NCBI RefSeq assembly: GCF_036321535.1
Contig: NC_087446.1
Span: forward strand, 1,242,001-1,306,000
Origin: Camelus dromedarius
Taxonomy: Eukaryota
DNA: 64,000 nucleotides
Reading direction: 5' to 3'
The notes under the pieces were generated by a model. The model did no database searches. It was not told the DNA's origin and saw only the letters and a program-made list of their open reading frames with translations. Below are positions 25,301 to 37,249 of the stretch, one piece after another. Positions within the stretch are counted from its first letter, which is position 1. Every line of letters begins with the position of its first letter. Position numbers and translations under genes: made by a program.

Positions 25301-26384
25301 CCGCCCCCGCCCCCCCCACCCCGATTTGGGCCGGCCCCCGGCTGCTGTCGGCCGGCCTTACCTTCCATCCCATGTTACTAAGTTTTCAGGCGGTTCTAAA
25401 AGTCAGAACACGGTTCCTGTGCCAACACCACTTACGAATATGCAGATTTCCAGGCCCAGAGCCAAGGAGACTTCCCGGAGCACGTCGCCTTTGCCACGAG
25501 GCTGTTTTGAGGTCTCTGCCTTTCTTTTTTCCTGGCTCCTTTCATTCTATCACGCCCTTCAGCGCCTCGAACCCCAGAAGTGCTTCTCCCTGCCTCAGCC
25601 ATCAGACCCCGCCCGTCCCGCAGACACTCATCTTCCAGACCACCCTCCGCTCCATCACCAGGCCTCGTGCGGGGACCCTGCGCGGCCACCTCCACACCTG
25701 AACCCTCGGGAACGTCCACTCGGGTAACTTGCCCAGAGAAGGTCAGGCGTCTGTCCGCCCGCGCACGCGCTCTGCCCGCAGAGGTCAGGGCATGGCCGCG
25801 CATCTTGGGTTTGGCTCTGGATGTATTGGAATGCAGTGGGGATGGAGGCTCGAGGAGGGGACCCAAAAGTGAAGGAGGGGGCGCGCCCTAAACAGATGGT
25901 GAGAAAGCCTCACGGGAAGGTTCCTCTGAGCCAAGACTTGCCCAATCTGACGAGCTCCTGGGGCCACCCTGTCCCCGGTCCCCGAGGCCACAGGAGGGGC
26001 TAAGAGGTCTGTCGGGGGCTTCAGGTACTGCTCCCAGCACTCGCGAGTTCCTGCTGGAAACAGCCCCAGGGACGGGCACCTTCCAGACTCTGGCAGGGCT
26101 GACTCTCTGCTCCGCCCTCAGAAGGGGCAGGAGGGAGGGGGCCTTCAATGCCTGCGGCCGCCTCCATCTGCCTGCAGGACGCAGAGTCTCCCTGTCAATG
26201 GGGCCCTCCACTCCTCTGCGACGAGGAGGCAGCGTGGGCTGCAGACAGGCGGCGCTGGACCAGGAAGGGGTGGGGGTGCCTAGAGGGCGTCTGGCCCTCT
26301 CCGGCCTAGGGCCCGGCCTGGGGGCCCTGAGCTGCCCGGCTGCGCCTGGGGTGCTTTGTATGTCTGCTGTCTTTTTTCTGCTAT

Positions 26385-27110
26385 TAAAAAAATATATATT
26401 ACTGCACAAAGTGATACGTGAAACTTTTAAACAGGTCACAAGCAGGTACAGATCCATGCGACACCCCCCAGCCCCGCCCCGGCTTCACTCGTCCTGATCC
26501 CGGAGTTCACATCCCAGAGGGGATCGGCCCGAAGCTCCCCAGCCCCTCAGCGGGACTCCCTGTGTATGTGCGCACGTGTGGGCGCGTGTATACACGCAAG
26601 GTCATGCACACACACACTGTACACACGGCAGAGACACGAGCACACGCATATGCACGCGTGCACCACAGACGCGCCCACCAGGTCTCCTGCCGTCGTCTGG
26701 CGGCCGGCCGCCCTCAGCTGGGCTCTGTAAGGGGCTTTCTCCCCGGAGATGTCTTGAGGCTCCTCTGTGCCAGACAATGTATGTCTCTCTCTCTCTTTTA
26801 TTGAAATACGAGCTTAGCTATCCTTACATGGAAGGCATCATAGTTAGACTCCTTCGGCCCCGTCTTTGCTGAGGGTGGCTGGTTTGTCTCCAATGAGCCA
26901 CCGTCAGGGGCTCCACAGGCGTCCTGCCCACCGGTGCGCAGAGCCTGTGCCCCGATCTGCAGGGGAGCCTCCCGTCTCTTAATTTAGTTCTACGGGTGGA
27001 ACGACTCAGCACTGTGTTGCCACTTTTTGTATCAACACAGACGGGTTCCAGGATGCCTTTGCCAATCCTGACTTTCGCCAAATGTTTCTCGCTGCTCCCG
27101 TTCCCCTGGA
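26385..27110 (-). mobile_element. Probable old L1ME 3' fragment with internal TG/CA low-complexity tract
   Basis: Layout and T-rich motifs resemble antisense L1ME 3' ends; heavily diverged. Confidence 0.4.
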
Positions 27111-27454
27111 AAGTCCCCCAGTATAATAACCGGGAGTCAGAAGAGATGCTGGCGTCGTCCCAAGTGGACCCCGCCCACCTGTGAGGGACAGAGTGAAATG
27201 GCCTCCATCTCGGGTGGGACCCCACCCCCTGACCCCTGGCCAGCCTGAGGCCCACGAACAGGCCACCTCCAAGGTGAAGGGTCCCTGAACCTGGACTGAA
27301 AGAGGTGTCCAGACTCATCTCTGATCACAGCTGCCCCCCTCCAAGGGTGGAGGGTCTACGTGCGCTCCCTCTCCCACGAAAGGCCCAGGGTTTCCTCTGA
27401 CCCCTAGCCTCCCTGTCCTCCCCGACCCGACGTCCCGCCACAGCGCTGCATGGA

Positions 27455-27950
27455 GAGCCCTCTGCTCGCCGGTTCTAGAGTGTCGGTTAGTTACCACTCG
27501 TTCCTCCAGGTCAGTGGACCAGGAGACAAGCACTGCTGAGGTGGTTCCCTGTCCGCAGGTCCCAGGGTTGGGGCAGCCACGCCGCAGGGCCCACGGGGGA
27601 CACGCAGGGCCGGCCACAGGCAGAGCGGGCAGCCCTGGGAGGCAGCTGGGCTCCGCAGGAAGGGACGGGCCAGGCAGGAGAATAAGAGGCTAAGCGGGTT
27701 TGGGACCCGCTAGCCTGAGAGATTTCAGCAAGTTGCAGGGGTGGGGAGGGGCTCTGGTGTTAGACACCCCCCGGGGTGCAGGGGCCAGAGGAGATGGCGG
27801 GCAAAAGGGGGATGTGGGCTCCGGGTTGGTCAGTTTGCACCAGGAAGGTGGGCTCACAGGAGGGGAGTTTGCAATCTGAAGCATCAGCACCTCCCAGGGG
27901 TCAGAATCTCCCTGGTCGGCAAGTCCCCAGTCAAAGCGGCAGCGACACAA
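27455..27950 (-). mobile_element. MER68/MER77/MER21C-type LTR, second copy
   Basis: GGTTAGTTACCA...GCCACGCCGCAGGGCCCAC...GCTAAGCGGGTTTGGGACCCGCTAGCCTGAGAGATTTCAGC...GGGCTCCGGGTTGGTCAGTTTGCAC. Confidence 0.55.
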
Positions 27951-29284
27951 GCGGGAGATGTGGTGAATGCAGCGCCGTGCGCGGGTGGGCTCCTCTCCGG
28001 CTCCCGCTTCCGCCCTGAGCTCTCTCTGTCCCGCTTCACACCTGCGGGCACCACCCCCACGGCACAACCCGGTGCAGCTCCATCCACCCCGGGGGTCCAG
28101 GCTCAGCCCCCGAGTCCCCGGATGACAGGGATGGGCCGGGCCCCTCAATCCCTCCTCTGTCACTGCAGAATCCCGTCTGCTCTGAGGACACAAACCACAG
28201 ACAAGAGCTCTGAGGCCATCCGAGGGCGGGGCGACGCGTGGTGACGGTGCCACAGTGAACCGCGAGCCGGGACACCTGCTGACCTGCGCATCTGGCAGGG
28301 AAGACCTGTTCTAGACGCTTGCACAGAGGGAAGCTGGCACTAGGAAAGCTTGTGCAGACACAGGTGCGACCTTTGACCTGCTGTGACCTGAGCACATTGG
28401 CCCCGGGGCCAAGGGACCCACAGCCCGCATCGTCTAAAGATGGACAGCAGGTGCGGGCCCGAGGCTGCCCACAGAGCCTCCTCCCCGGAGTCACAGAGCC
28501 CGCTCCCCAGCTCAGGACCGCCGGCAGGGCCCCCGGGACTCACTGGCTCTGCTCAGATCTGCGCATCATGAAGCCGGGGTGCTTTCCAGTAACTCAAAAA
28601 ATAACAGATTTTCATAAACTTCAGCAGACTCCCTCTCACTTGGCCTAATTAGCAAGATTCCTGTTTATGGAAGAAAAATTGCCTTTCACGCCTGGCGTGT
28701 TTCTTTGCCGTTAATTATTTCTTGGTGTGGTAGTTACAGAGCCCACCCAGGGACACCGACTCAGTGTCAGATGACGAGGGGCCACCCCTTCCGCCCCAGT
28801 CGCTGCCACCCCACCCCCGAACTACTGCCCTGCAGCCACTGAGGAAACGCTCCCTCCCTGCAGGGAAGAAAGGAAGGAAGACCCGAGGGATGCGTCCAGC
28901 CCGCCACCAGCTCCGCCTGGGAGACTTGGGGCCGAGGCTGGGTGTCTCCCGGCCCCTCTGGGGACACACCCTCCCCACGAGTGGAAAGTGGGCAGGGCCT
29001 TCCAGGGTCTTCCAGGGGCTCCTGTGCACAGGGCGTCTAACAGCCTCCAGTGCCCTTCTAGTGTTTTCTATGGAAGAGACTAGAATAAAAGAATGACCCA
29101 GGGAGACGCTGAGGTCCCGCCTGTCCAGCCCCTTCTCTGCAGACCGGCCTTGCAGTCAGGAGAGGGAAGCAGCTCGGACTCTCAGCACCTTGGACAGCAC
29201 GCAGCCCCCCGCCTCTGCCCGGGTCCCGGCCTCCGGCCACCTCGGGGAGGGGGCCGCTCATTTGTGGAACCTTTGCCAAAGGAG

Positions 29285-29445
29285 TGTTGATTGAGTTAAA
29301 ATTGGATTTCTGCTCAGATTGATTATCTAATGTGATAGAAAAATATACAGTCTGGGAGCAAATTTAGATTTCAGTGAAAAATTAAACAGCTATACCAAGT
29401 TGCCCACTGAAGCGTTAAATGCATTCTCTATACAATTATATCTGC
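29285..29445. promoter_or_regulatory. AT-rich island (candidate enhancer)
   Basis: TTGATTGAG, TTGATTATCTAATG, AAATTAAAC, CAATTATA in non-repeat DNA. Confidence 0.45.
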
Positions 29446-30983
29446 AGAGCGCGCAGGACGACTGTCACTCCAGCTGCCACACTGGAGGCGCTCGGGAAGA
29501 AGCGAACACAGATGGCAGACGCCACCTCCGAGGGCGTCCGGAAGCGCCAGCCCCTAATTGATTTCGGTGGTGTCTCTTCCATTAGTAGGAGGCCATGCTG
29601 GATTCGGGAGAAGGAACTGCAGACATCGCCCGCGGGGAACCTGGGGAGTGAAGCCCCTCAGGCGTCGCGGGGGCACCTGGAGGAGAGCCGAGGTGGCAGG
29701 AGCCCCGTGGTCACGGGTGGGCAGCGGTATTGCCCTGCACCATTAATGACTGATGGGCCGGGACGGAGCGCCCTGCCCGGACATGCCCAGTGCCCGGCGC
29801 CCCCCACATGGAGGCTTCTGGAAGTGAAATTCTTACCGTCAGCAGCCTCTACCCGCTTCGACTTGTCATTTCAGCCATTAGTGGTACAGGAATTAGGGCT
29901 TTTCTCCAAGTCTGGGATGTAGGATCCACAGCAGAAAGACATTAACACGACTGGATGCTGCGTGGGTCTCCCTCCTTCTCCCTCGGCCACCTGGCAGCTC
30001 CGCCGCAGGCCGGTTTCACTCCCTGCCCACCCTCGTCGCCCCTCACGGGGGTCACCCCCACGTTACAGAAGGCACTGGGCCCAATGCTCACCTTCACACG
30101 GAAATACACGGAGAGAGGAAGTCCCAGAATAATCAGCGTGGCTCACGGTGTTCGGCAAAACCCCGGGCAGAGGACCGGGGCAGAAACGGCCGTCACAGCC
30201 CTCCTCGGCCCCGGCTCCTGTCCGGACGCTCCCGCTGCAGCTGGGACACGAGGCCGGCTGCTCCCGCAAGCCTCTTTCTTCCCTGCACGAGGGCGTCTGC
30301 TGCTCTGTCTCCCTCTGAGTGGCTCGCTGAGAGAAGTCTCGGGGAGACCCCGTAACAGTCCCAGCACGCTCTTCCCGCGCCTGACCCGCACGCGCACACC
30401 CACACGCGTCCCTGCCACCTGGGAGCAGGGCTCTGCCTGCCAGACGATGCCTGCCCGCCTCAGTGGGCGCGGGAGACGTTGCGGTGCTTCAGCACCGTCA
30501 AACAAAGCCCTCCCTCCCGGGCCCCGGAGGACACGCTGAGGCTCTGCTGATCCTGCCCTGAAGGTGGAGGCAGTTACCCAGGGGAGGGCCCTTCCTTTAC
30601 TGCTTTTATCAACCCTCTGCTATTGTTTGCTTAACAGGCTGCTCTGACTGGGGGTCACAGGGGCTCAGGACTTCTGGGACGCTCTCAGGAGTTGGTGCCT
30701 CTTTCTGACAGCTTTTCCCAGGAGACCTCCTGAGTTTGCAAGGACCCGGGGCTCACGTGGAAGCCACATTTGTGAGTGAAACAGGAGGGGAACTGGAGGT
30801 CACTGGAGTCCAGATCAGTGTGGGAAAATGGCGTGGAGGCCGAGAGGAGAGACCAGCCCGGTGCCAGCCCCCAGCCTGCCCTGGTCCGTGGAAGGCTGGG
30901 GCTGGAACAGACCCTGGGCCCCAGCCCTGTCTTCCCGAGCGCCCACTCTGCGCAGGAGCTTTATCCAAAGGAGGTTCATTCAC

Positions 30984-31505
30984 TGAATCAGTCAGGGTTC
31001 TCCGGAGAAACGGAGCCAGTGAGAGATAGATAAACAGACAGATAGATAGATAGTTAGGTAGATAGGTGGGTGGGTGGATGGAGACATATAAAGGGAGCCA
31101 CCGTGAGGAGCTGGCTCAGCGATCGCACAGGCTGAGGGGTCCCGTGATCTGCCGCCTGCCGTCTGGAGACCCGGGAGACCTGGTGGTTCAGTTCGGGTCT
31201 GGTCCAAAGGGACCCAGGCGACCCCGAGGTGTACGTCGCAATCTGAGGGCAGGAGACTAATGCCCCAGCTCAACAGTGAGGCAGCGAGAGAGCGGTTTCT
31301 CCTTTGTTCCTTTCCCCCTCTATTCAGGCCGCAGTGACTGAGCGCCGCCCCTCCCCGCACTGGGGAGGGTGACCTGCTTTATTCCGTCCCGACGCACACG
31401 CTAACCTCACCCAGAAGCGCCCTCACAGACACACCCTGAGCCACGTCTAACCAAGTACCTCACCACCCTCCACGACCCGGGCAGGCTGACACAAGTTACC
31501 CTTGG
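30984..31505 (-). mobile_element. MLT2-type ERVL solo LTR with internal (GATA)n
   Basis: TGAATCAGTCAGGGTTCTCCGGAGAAACGGAGCCAGT-GATAGATA...CAGAAGCGCCCTCACAGACACACCC...GCTGACACAAGTTACC. Confidence 0.85.
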
Positions 31506-32509
31506 TGGTCCCCTGGCTGAAAGAATGACGACGGCCGTGCTGGTGGGGACCACAAGAGGGAGCTGTCACAGCGTGGAGGGGGCAAGCACCCAGCGCCCCG
31601 CAGAGCACACCCCCGGTGGCCGCGTCTCCCCCGTCAAGACCACGGCCAGCACAGCAGGTCCTCTGCTCAGCGCTTCTCCTGATGTTCACGGCGACGGCCT
31701 CTACCTGAGACCCTCGTCCGGGCGACACCCAGCCAGCGTGCTGACCTGGCCCTTTCACCATGCTGGTCGCCCTCCTCAGAACCAGCTGCCCCCCAAGCTC
31801 CTTCTCAGTCACTCAGTCACTCAGTCACTCAGTTAACACCGTAGCTCAGATGGGAGGCCGCCCTGGGGACCGGCCAGGCCGGGGCAGGGCTAGGACGTGT
31901 GGCCTCTCGGTCCAGGCGTGATGAGTCCATCCATGGCCAGGTCACTGTGTGGTGACCGCATCACGGAGGGGTGTGCTGTGGGGCCTGAGGCCAGCCTACC
32001 CCCATCTTCCCTAGGGCTGGACTGCAGCAGGGCCCCAGTGCCCCCAGTGGCTGGACAGCGGCTTAGGGCCCCTGCAGATCCCAAGTGGTATCAGTGTGCA
32101 GAGTCTGAAGTCTCAGTGCCCTTCCCTCCTGAGCAGAAAGGGCACACGCAGAGATGTGCCCAGCAGCAAACACACCCTTTCAAATCATCAGGGCCACTTT
32201 CAAGAAAATCTCCAAGATGTGGGAAGCTGACCTGATGCTCCCGAGAGCTCAGGGACTGCTCCCGAACCTGGCGTGAAGGTGCCTGCTTCCTGTGCGGCTT
32301 CTCTGCAGCAAGCGTCCCTGTGCCCTCACCAAGCCTCGCAGTTACCCCATCAGAACCCTGTCTCGGGGCCACAGTACCAGAAAAGCAGGAGCTGACAGAC
32401 ACTGATTCTGCTTCCTGGAAGAGACTGCATTTACCGGAGACCGATGGCATCAGCCCCCTGTTGGAAGGTTTGCCAATAAAGTATGTTTACATCTATTTAT
32501 TCAGTAATA

Positions 32510-32767
32510 AAATAAAATAACTAACAGTAACCATTGTTGGAGAGGACGTGAGTTCCCACGGGCCCTACTTTATTAGCAGGAACATAAATTCATGCAAAAC
32601 ATTGGAGACACTCTTGTATCTTTCCCCTGCATTGAGCATCCCTGCCACATGACTGGCAATTGCATTTCTAGGGATTCACCCAAAGGAGACCCCTGAACAT
32701 GGGCCAGGACACACATACAGGAGCGTCCACATGTTCTTCATGGCAGCAAAGCTTAGAAACAGCCGTG
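32510..32767 (+). mobile_element. L1ME-type ORF2 3' fragment, left part (host of nested insertions)
   Basis: CTAACAGTAACCATTGTTGGAGAGGACGTG...ATGACTGGCAATTGCATTTCTAGGGATTCACCCAAAGGAG. Confidence 0.65.
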
Positions 32768-32822
32768 CAGGCATCTGCAGACTTTTCCTGTAAAGAATCA
32801 GGTTGGAAACAGTTCAGGCTTT
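32768..32822. mobile_element. MER58A, left part (split by L1)
   Basis: CAGGCATCTGCAGACTTTTCCTGTAAAGAATCAGGTTGGAAACAGTTCAGGCTTT aligns to the MER58A terminus and continues at 35781. Confidence 0.75.
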
Positions 32823-33774
32823 AGGGAGACATCAGCAAGACGGAGAAGTAGGCGCTTCCAGTTCTCAGACCCCCACAGAAACGCTGGGGTCACAACTACC
32901 AATGGACAAGAACGCTTCCATGGGACACAGGAGTATAACTGAGAGGTCCAGTGCGCCAGTGAGCAGAACAGTCTAATAATAGTTGTGCTGAAAAGAGTGC
33001 GAAGACTGGCTCACTTCATCCACGTCGCCCCTGAGAGGGGCGCCCTCGAGGCACGACTCCTCTCACGTGGGAAAGTGAGAGCAAAGCAAGCACCTGGCTC
33101 CCCACCCTTGTGAGCTGCTGCCCAGCAGGCCCCTGTCTGCTTCACCCTGCCCGGAACGCCGGGCGGCCAGCACAGATGACCAGCCTGGGGACAGAGAGCA
33201 GCAGAGAAAGGGTCAGAGGGCCACAGCAGCCGGCGCGCGGATCTGTCAGCTGCGGACTCTGCTAACTGGTGTCAGACCCCACCAAGCCCTGCCACAGACT
33301 CCATCTGATGCCTCACCTGCAGACCCCCACAGCTGGCTGCCTGTGACTGCAGAACCCCATGTGCGTCCCAGAGCCGGTGCCCTGACCGCCCCCCCCAACA
33401 GCATGCACAAGCCTTTGCACACCACACACGGACACCAGCAGCCGGCTTGACTGCGCTGCACTGGGAGAATGTGCACAAACTCGATGCCCAGGGCGCATCC
33501 CCCGGGAAGGTAGACGAGAGGCTCTCAGCGCTTTGCCCGGCTTGTGAGGTCCAGAGAAGGAAAACAGCCCTAAGACTTCCTTTTGAACAGGGAATGAGCA
33601 AAGTGAAGTGGGTGCATCCATAAAAAATTTCTGAGAGACCCTCAGAATTTCTTGCCAGACTGACTGATCTTTCTCTCCCAAAGCCAGTTAGTAAAGAGTG
33701 GAAGAGATAATTGTTTCTTCAATGTGCTGGCAGCAACACAAGCCTTCAAGGAACACAAGAAAAATTGAGAAAAC

Positions 33775-34521
33775 ATGACACTAAAAAGAAACAGATTAAG
33801 TTCCTATGGCTGACCCCAAAGAAATGGGGCTACACAAATTGCCTGACAAAGATGTCACCAGAACCATCTCAAAGCAGCTCAGTGAGCTACGGGAGAATCA
33901 GACAGAGGATCAAATTAAGAAAACAATCCAAGAACAAAATGAGACGTTCAATGAAGGGACAGTAACCATCATAAAGAACCGATTTCTGAAGCTGAGGAAT
34001 ATGACTGAACTGAAAATATGCCATAGAGAGCTTCTGCACCAGCCTTGATCAAGCGGAAAAGAGAATCAGTGAGCTTGAAATCAGAGCATTTGAAATTACG
34101 TGGCCAGAGGAACAAAAAGGGGAAAGAATTAAAAAGAGTGAAGAAAGCCTGTAGGACTTACGGGATGGCATCGAGGAATCAACGTAAGCATATGGGAGCC
34201 GCAGAAGGCACAGGGAAAGAGAAAGGGGCCGAAAATCGTTAAAAGAAATAATGACAGAAAACTCTCCAAATTTAGGGAGAACAACGAACATCCTGATCCA
34301 TGAAGCCCAAAGAACTCCAAATAGATCAAAGATGGAGAGGTTTTCACTGAGACATGTCATATTCACGTTGCCCAAAGTCAAACACAGAGACCATTTTGAA
34401 AGCAAGAAGAGAAAAGTGGCTTGTCACATACAAGGTCACCCCCATAAGACTATCAGTGTATTTCTCAGCAGAAACCTGGCAGGACAGGAGAGAGTGCAAC
34501 GAAGTATTCAAAGTACTCAAA
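33775..34521 (+). pseudogene. L1 ORF1 remnant (frameshifted, truncated)
   Basis: ORF-track fragments 33806-34048 and 34251-34595 match the L1 ORF1 coiled-coil and RRM regions. Confidence 0.85.
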
Positions 34522-35011
34522 TAATAACAACAAAATTAATAATTAATGCAAAATTTAAAAAAGCATTATTCACAGTATCCAAGTTATGGAAATAATCTAA
34601 ATGTCCACTGATGGAATAATGGATAAAAAAAATGTGGTATATACACACAATGGAATATTACTCTGCCTTTATTGAAAAAGAAGGACTTCTGCCATTTTGT
34701 GCTAGTGGATGAAGCTGGAGAACATTATACTAAGGGAAGTAAGTCAGGCAAGAAAGACAGATACTGCATAATCTCATTTGTATGCGGAATCCAAAACAGT
34801 CAAGCTCACAGCAGCAGAGAGTAGAATATTGCTTGCCAGGGAAGGGGAGTGGTTGGTGACGGTCAAAGGGTACAGAGTTTCAGTTGTACAAGATAAATAA
34901 ACTACAGGATCCACCACACAATGCAACACCTGTAGCTCACAATACTGTTCTGTATACTTGGCATTTGCTAAGAGGGTAGAGCTTGTGTTAAGTATTCTCA
35001 CCACACAAACA

Positions 35012-35602
35012 GTGATGATGATGTGGTGATGGGGATGATGATGGTGGTGGTGATGATGATGGTGATGATGGTGATGGGGATGATGATGGTGGTGATGGTG
35101 GTGATGATGGTGATGATGATGGTGATGGGGATGATGATGGTGGCGATGGTGGTGATGATGGTGATGGTGGTGATGGTGGTGATGATGATGGTGATGATGG
35201 TGGTGATGGGGATGATGATGGTGGTGATGGGGATGATGATGGTGATGATGGTGATGATGATGGTGATGATGGTGGTGATGACGGTGATGGGGATGATAAT
35301 GGTGGTGGTGATGATGGTGATGGGGATGATGATGGTGGTGATGATGGTGATGGGGATGACGATGGTGATGATGATGGTGGTGATGGTGGTGATAATGATG
35401 GTGATGATGGTGGTGATGGGGATGATGATGGTGGTGATGGGGATGATGATGGTGATGATGATGGTGATGATGGTGGTGATGATGGTGATGGGGATGATGA
35501 TGGTGGTGATGATGGTGATGGGGATGACGATGGTGATGATGATGGTGGTGATGGTGATGATGGTGATGATGATGGTGATGATGGTGATGATGGTGGTGAT
35601 GG
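35012..35602. repeat. Compound (GAT/GGT/GGG)n trinucleotide expansion, ~590 bp
   Basis: Nearly pure in-phase GAT/GGT triplets inside the L1 3'UTR. Confidence 0.97.
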
Positions 35603-35780
35603 TAGGGGGAGGAAACTTTGGGAGATGATGGAATGTCCACTGTCTTGATGTTGGTGATGGTTTCATGGATGTACACTTTTCCCAAAACTCACTGGACTCT
35701 ATAAATTAAATATGTACAGCTTTTCCCAGGTCAGTCATACCTCAAAAAAGTTGCTAAAAAAAATACATTTTAAGAAAAGA

Positions 35781-35961
35781 AAATGTTTCAGGCTTTGCAG
35801 GCCACGGGAATCTGTTACAGACACTCAACTCCACCACAGGAGCACTGAGGTGGCTGTGGACGATACGTAAGGGACTCGGCATGGTTGTGTTCCAGTAGAA
35901 CTTTGCTTACAGGAACAGGAGGCAGCAGGGCTGGCCCAGGGCGGTCGGGTGCTGGCCTCTG
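35781..35961. mobile_element. MER58A, right part
   Basis: CAGGCTTTGCAGGCCACGGGAATCTGTTACAGACACTCAACTCCACC...GGTTGTGTTCCAGTAGAACTTTGCTTACAGGAACAGG. Confidence 0.85.
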
Positions 35962-36170
35962 AGACAGGGGAGCTCAGCAGTCAAAGTGAAGGAACTGCGG
36001 TGATTCAGGGTGACGGGTGCACACCCGCAACCTGATCTAAGCGAGACGCTAGATGGGTGCTGCGTGTCTCTTCTATGATGTGAGGAGGAACAGGAACCAG
36101 CAGTGTAGCACACACGCGTGGTCAGGAATGCAGGTAAATGTACTAAAACACGCCCAAGGGAAGGAGCGGG
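35962..36170 (+). mobile_element. L1ME-type fragment, right part (continuation of 32510-32767)
   Basis: CTCAGCAGTCAAAGTGAAGGAACTGC...GCAGGTAAATGTACTAAAAC resembles the L1ME ORF2 end/3'UTR. Confidence 0.5.
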
Positions 36171-37249
36171 TGGTGAACAGACCTGGAAGGCCCTTCGCCT
36201 CGGTGCACGGAGGCGCCCTGGGGGAGGGGGATGGACCACATTTTCAGATGCAGGTCATGACCAAGGTCCTGGCGGCCCCTTGGGTGGTGGGGCCACACGC
36301 CCTTCTTAGATTATTGACAAGTCATGGGTCCTGTTCTTTGCACCTGAGAGGCACTGGAAAGAAAAGAGAGGAAGGCAGGAAGGCAGGAGGGAAGGAGGAA
36401 GGAAAGAAGGAAGGAGGGAAGATGAAAAAGGAAGAAGACAACTGCAGGTAAAATGGGACAGTGGGGACTGGAGTCGCCCTCAGCAGCAGGCATTGGGGTG
36501 GCTTCCTCTTGCAAGGTTTCCAGAAGACGGCTGTTTTGCCCTGAATTCCTGTCCAGTCTGGGCTCTTGTACTCAGAGCAAGGTCAGAAGGCAAGAAGCAT
36601 GAAGAATGGCAACCCCATGGAGGTGGCCTGGCAGCAGGCATGCGGAGTGCAGGACCCCGGGGGCCAGGCCAGGACAGCGCCCTGCGCTCGGAGTCGCCGG
36701 ACTCGCACCCGTCACTGTCTGCGTGGGCTGTGCGGCTCGGAGAGCCTGCCTTTCATTCATTAGAGGGGTTTTTATCGGCTAAATGCTTTCCAAGGCTCTG
36801 AAATGCTCTGCGAGTCTTCAAAGGCTGTGGGAGGAAAGCCTGTTCGCCTTTCTCATTTATCAGCGTCCCGGGGACAGTGGCTGGGAAGACGTCGGTGCAT
36901 GTGGCTATGCTCCGCTCTGGCCTCCGCGCCAGCACAGCTCCGCTCACAGGAAAGGCGCGTCAACACGAGAGAGGTCCTGGGGCTTGTGTGCTGAGTCGTA
37001 AACTGTAGTGGTTGTGTTTCCTTAGATCAGGGGGACACTTCAGGTTTTTCAGAAACCCCACCACAAGCACGCTCTCCTTTAGTCCTGACAACGCCCAGGA
37101 AGGCTGAGCAGTGACGCGCTGGACCTGGCTCACGTCAGTGCCTGCGGGCAGACTGCAGTTTCCAGGAAGCCTGTGAGCTGCTGGCTGAGCACAGACGGTC
37201 TAAGCATTCAGTTTTATTAACTTACGACTTAAAATGATATGAACAGCAA

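Larger units (their letters stand above)
32823..35780 (+). mobile_element. L1MA/MB-type element with 5'UTR, most of ORF1, large internal deletion, ORF2 tail and 3'UTR
   Basis: 5' end AGGGAGACATCAGCAAGACGG; ORF1 peptides DPKEMGLHKLPDKD..LSELREN..IQEQNETFN and MTENSPNLGRTTNILIHEAQRTPNR; jump at ~34521-34563 to GCATTATTCACAGTATCCAAG (ORF2 end); A-rich tail; 16-bp TSD at 32807-22 / 35781-96 (13/16 identical). Confidence 0.9.

Noticed and set aside
34774..35685. 303-aa poly-histidine ORF (plus overlapping Ile/Thr and Met/Val ORFs) as a histidine-rich protein gene
   Set aside because: It is the antisense reading of a GAT/GGT microsatellite; both flanks are antisense L1 3'UTR; no promoter or splice support
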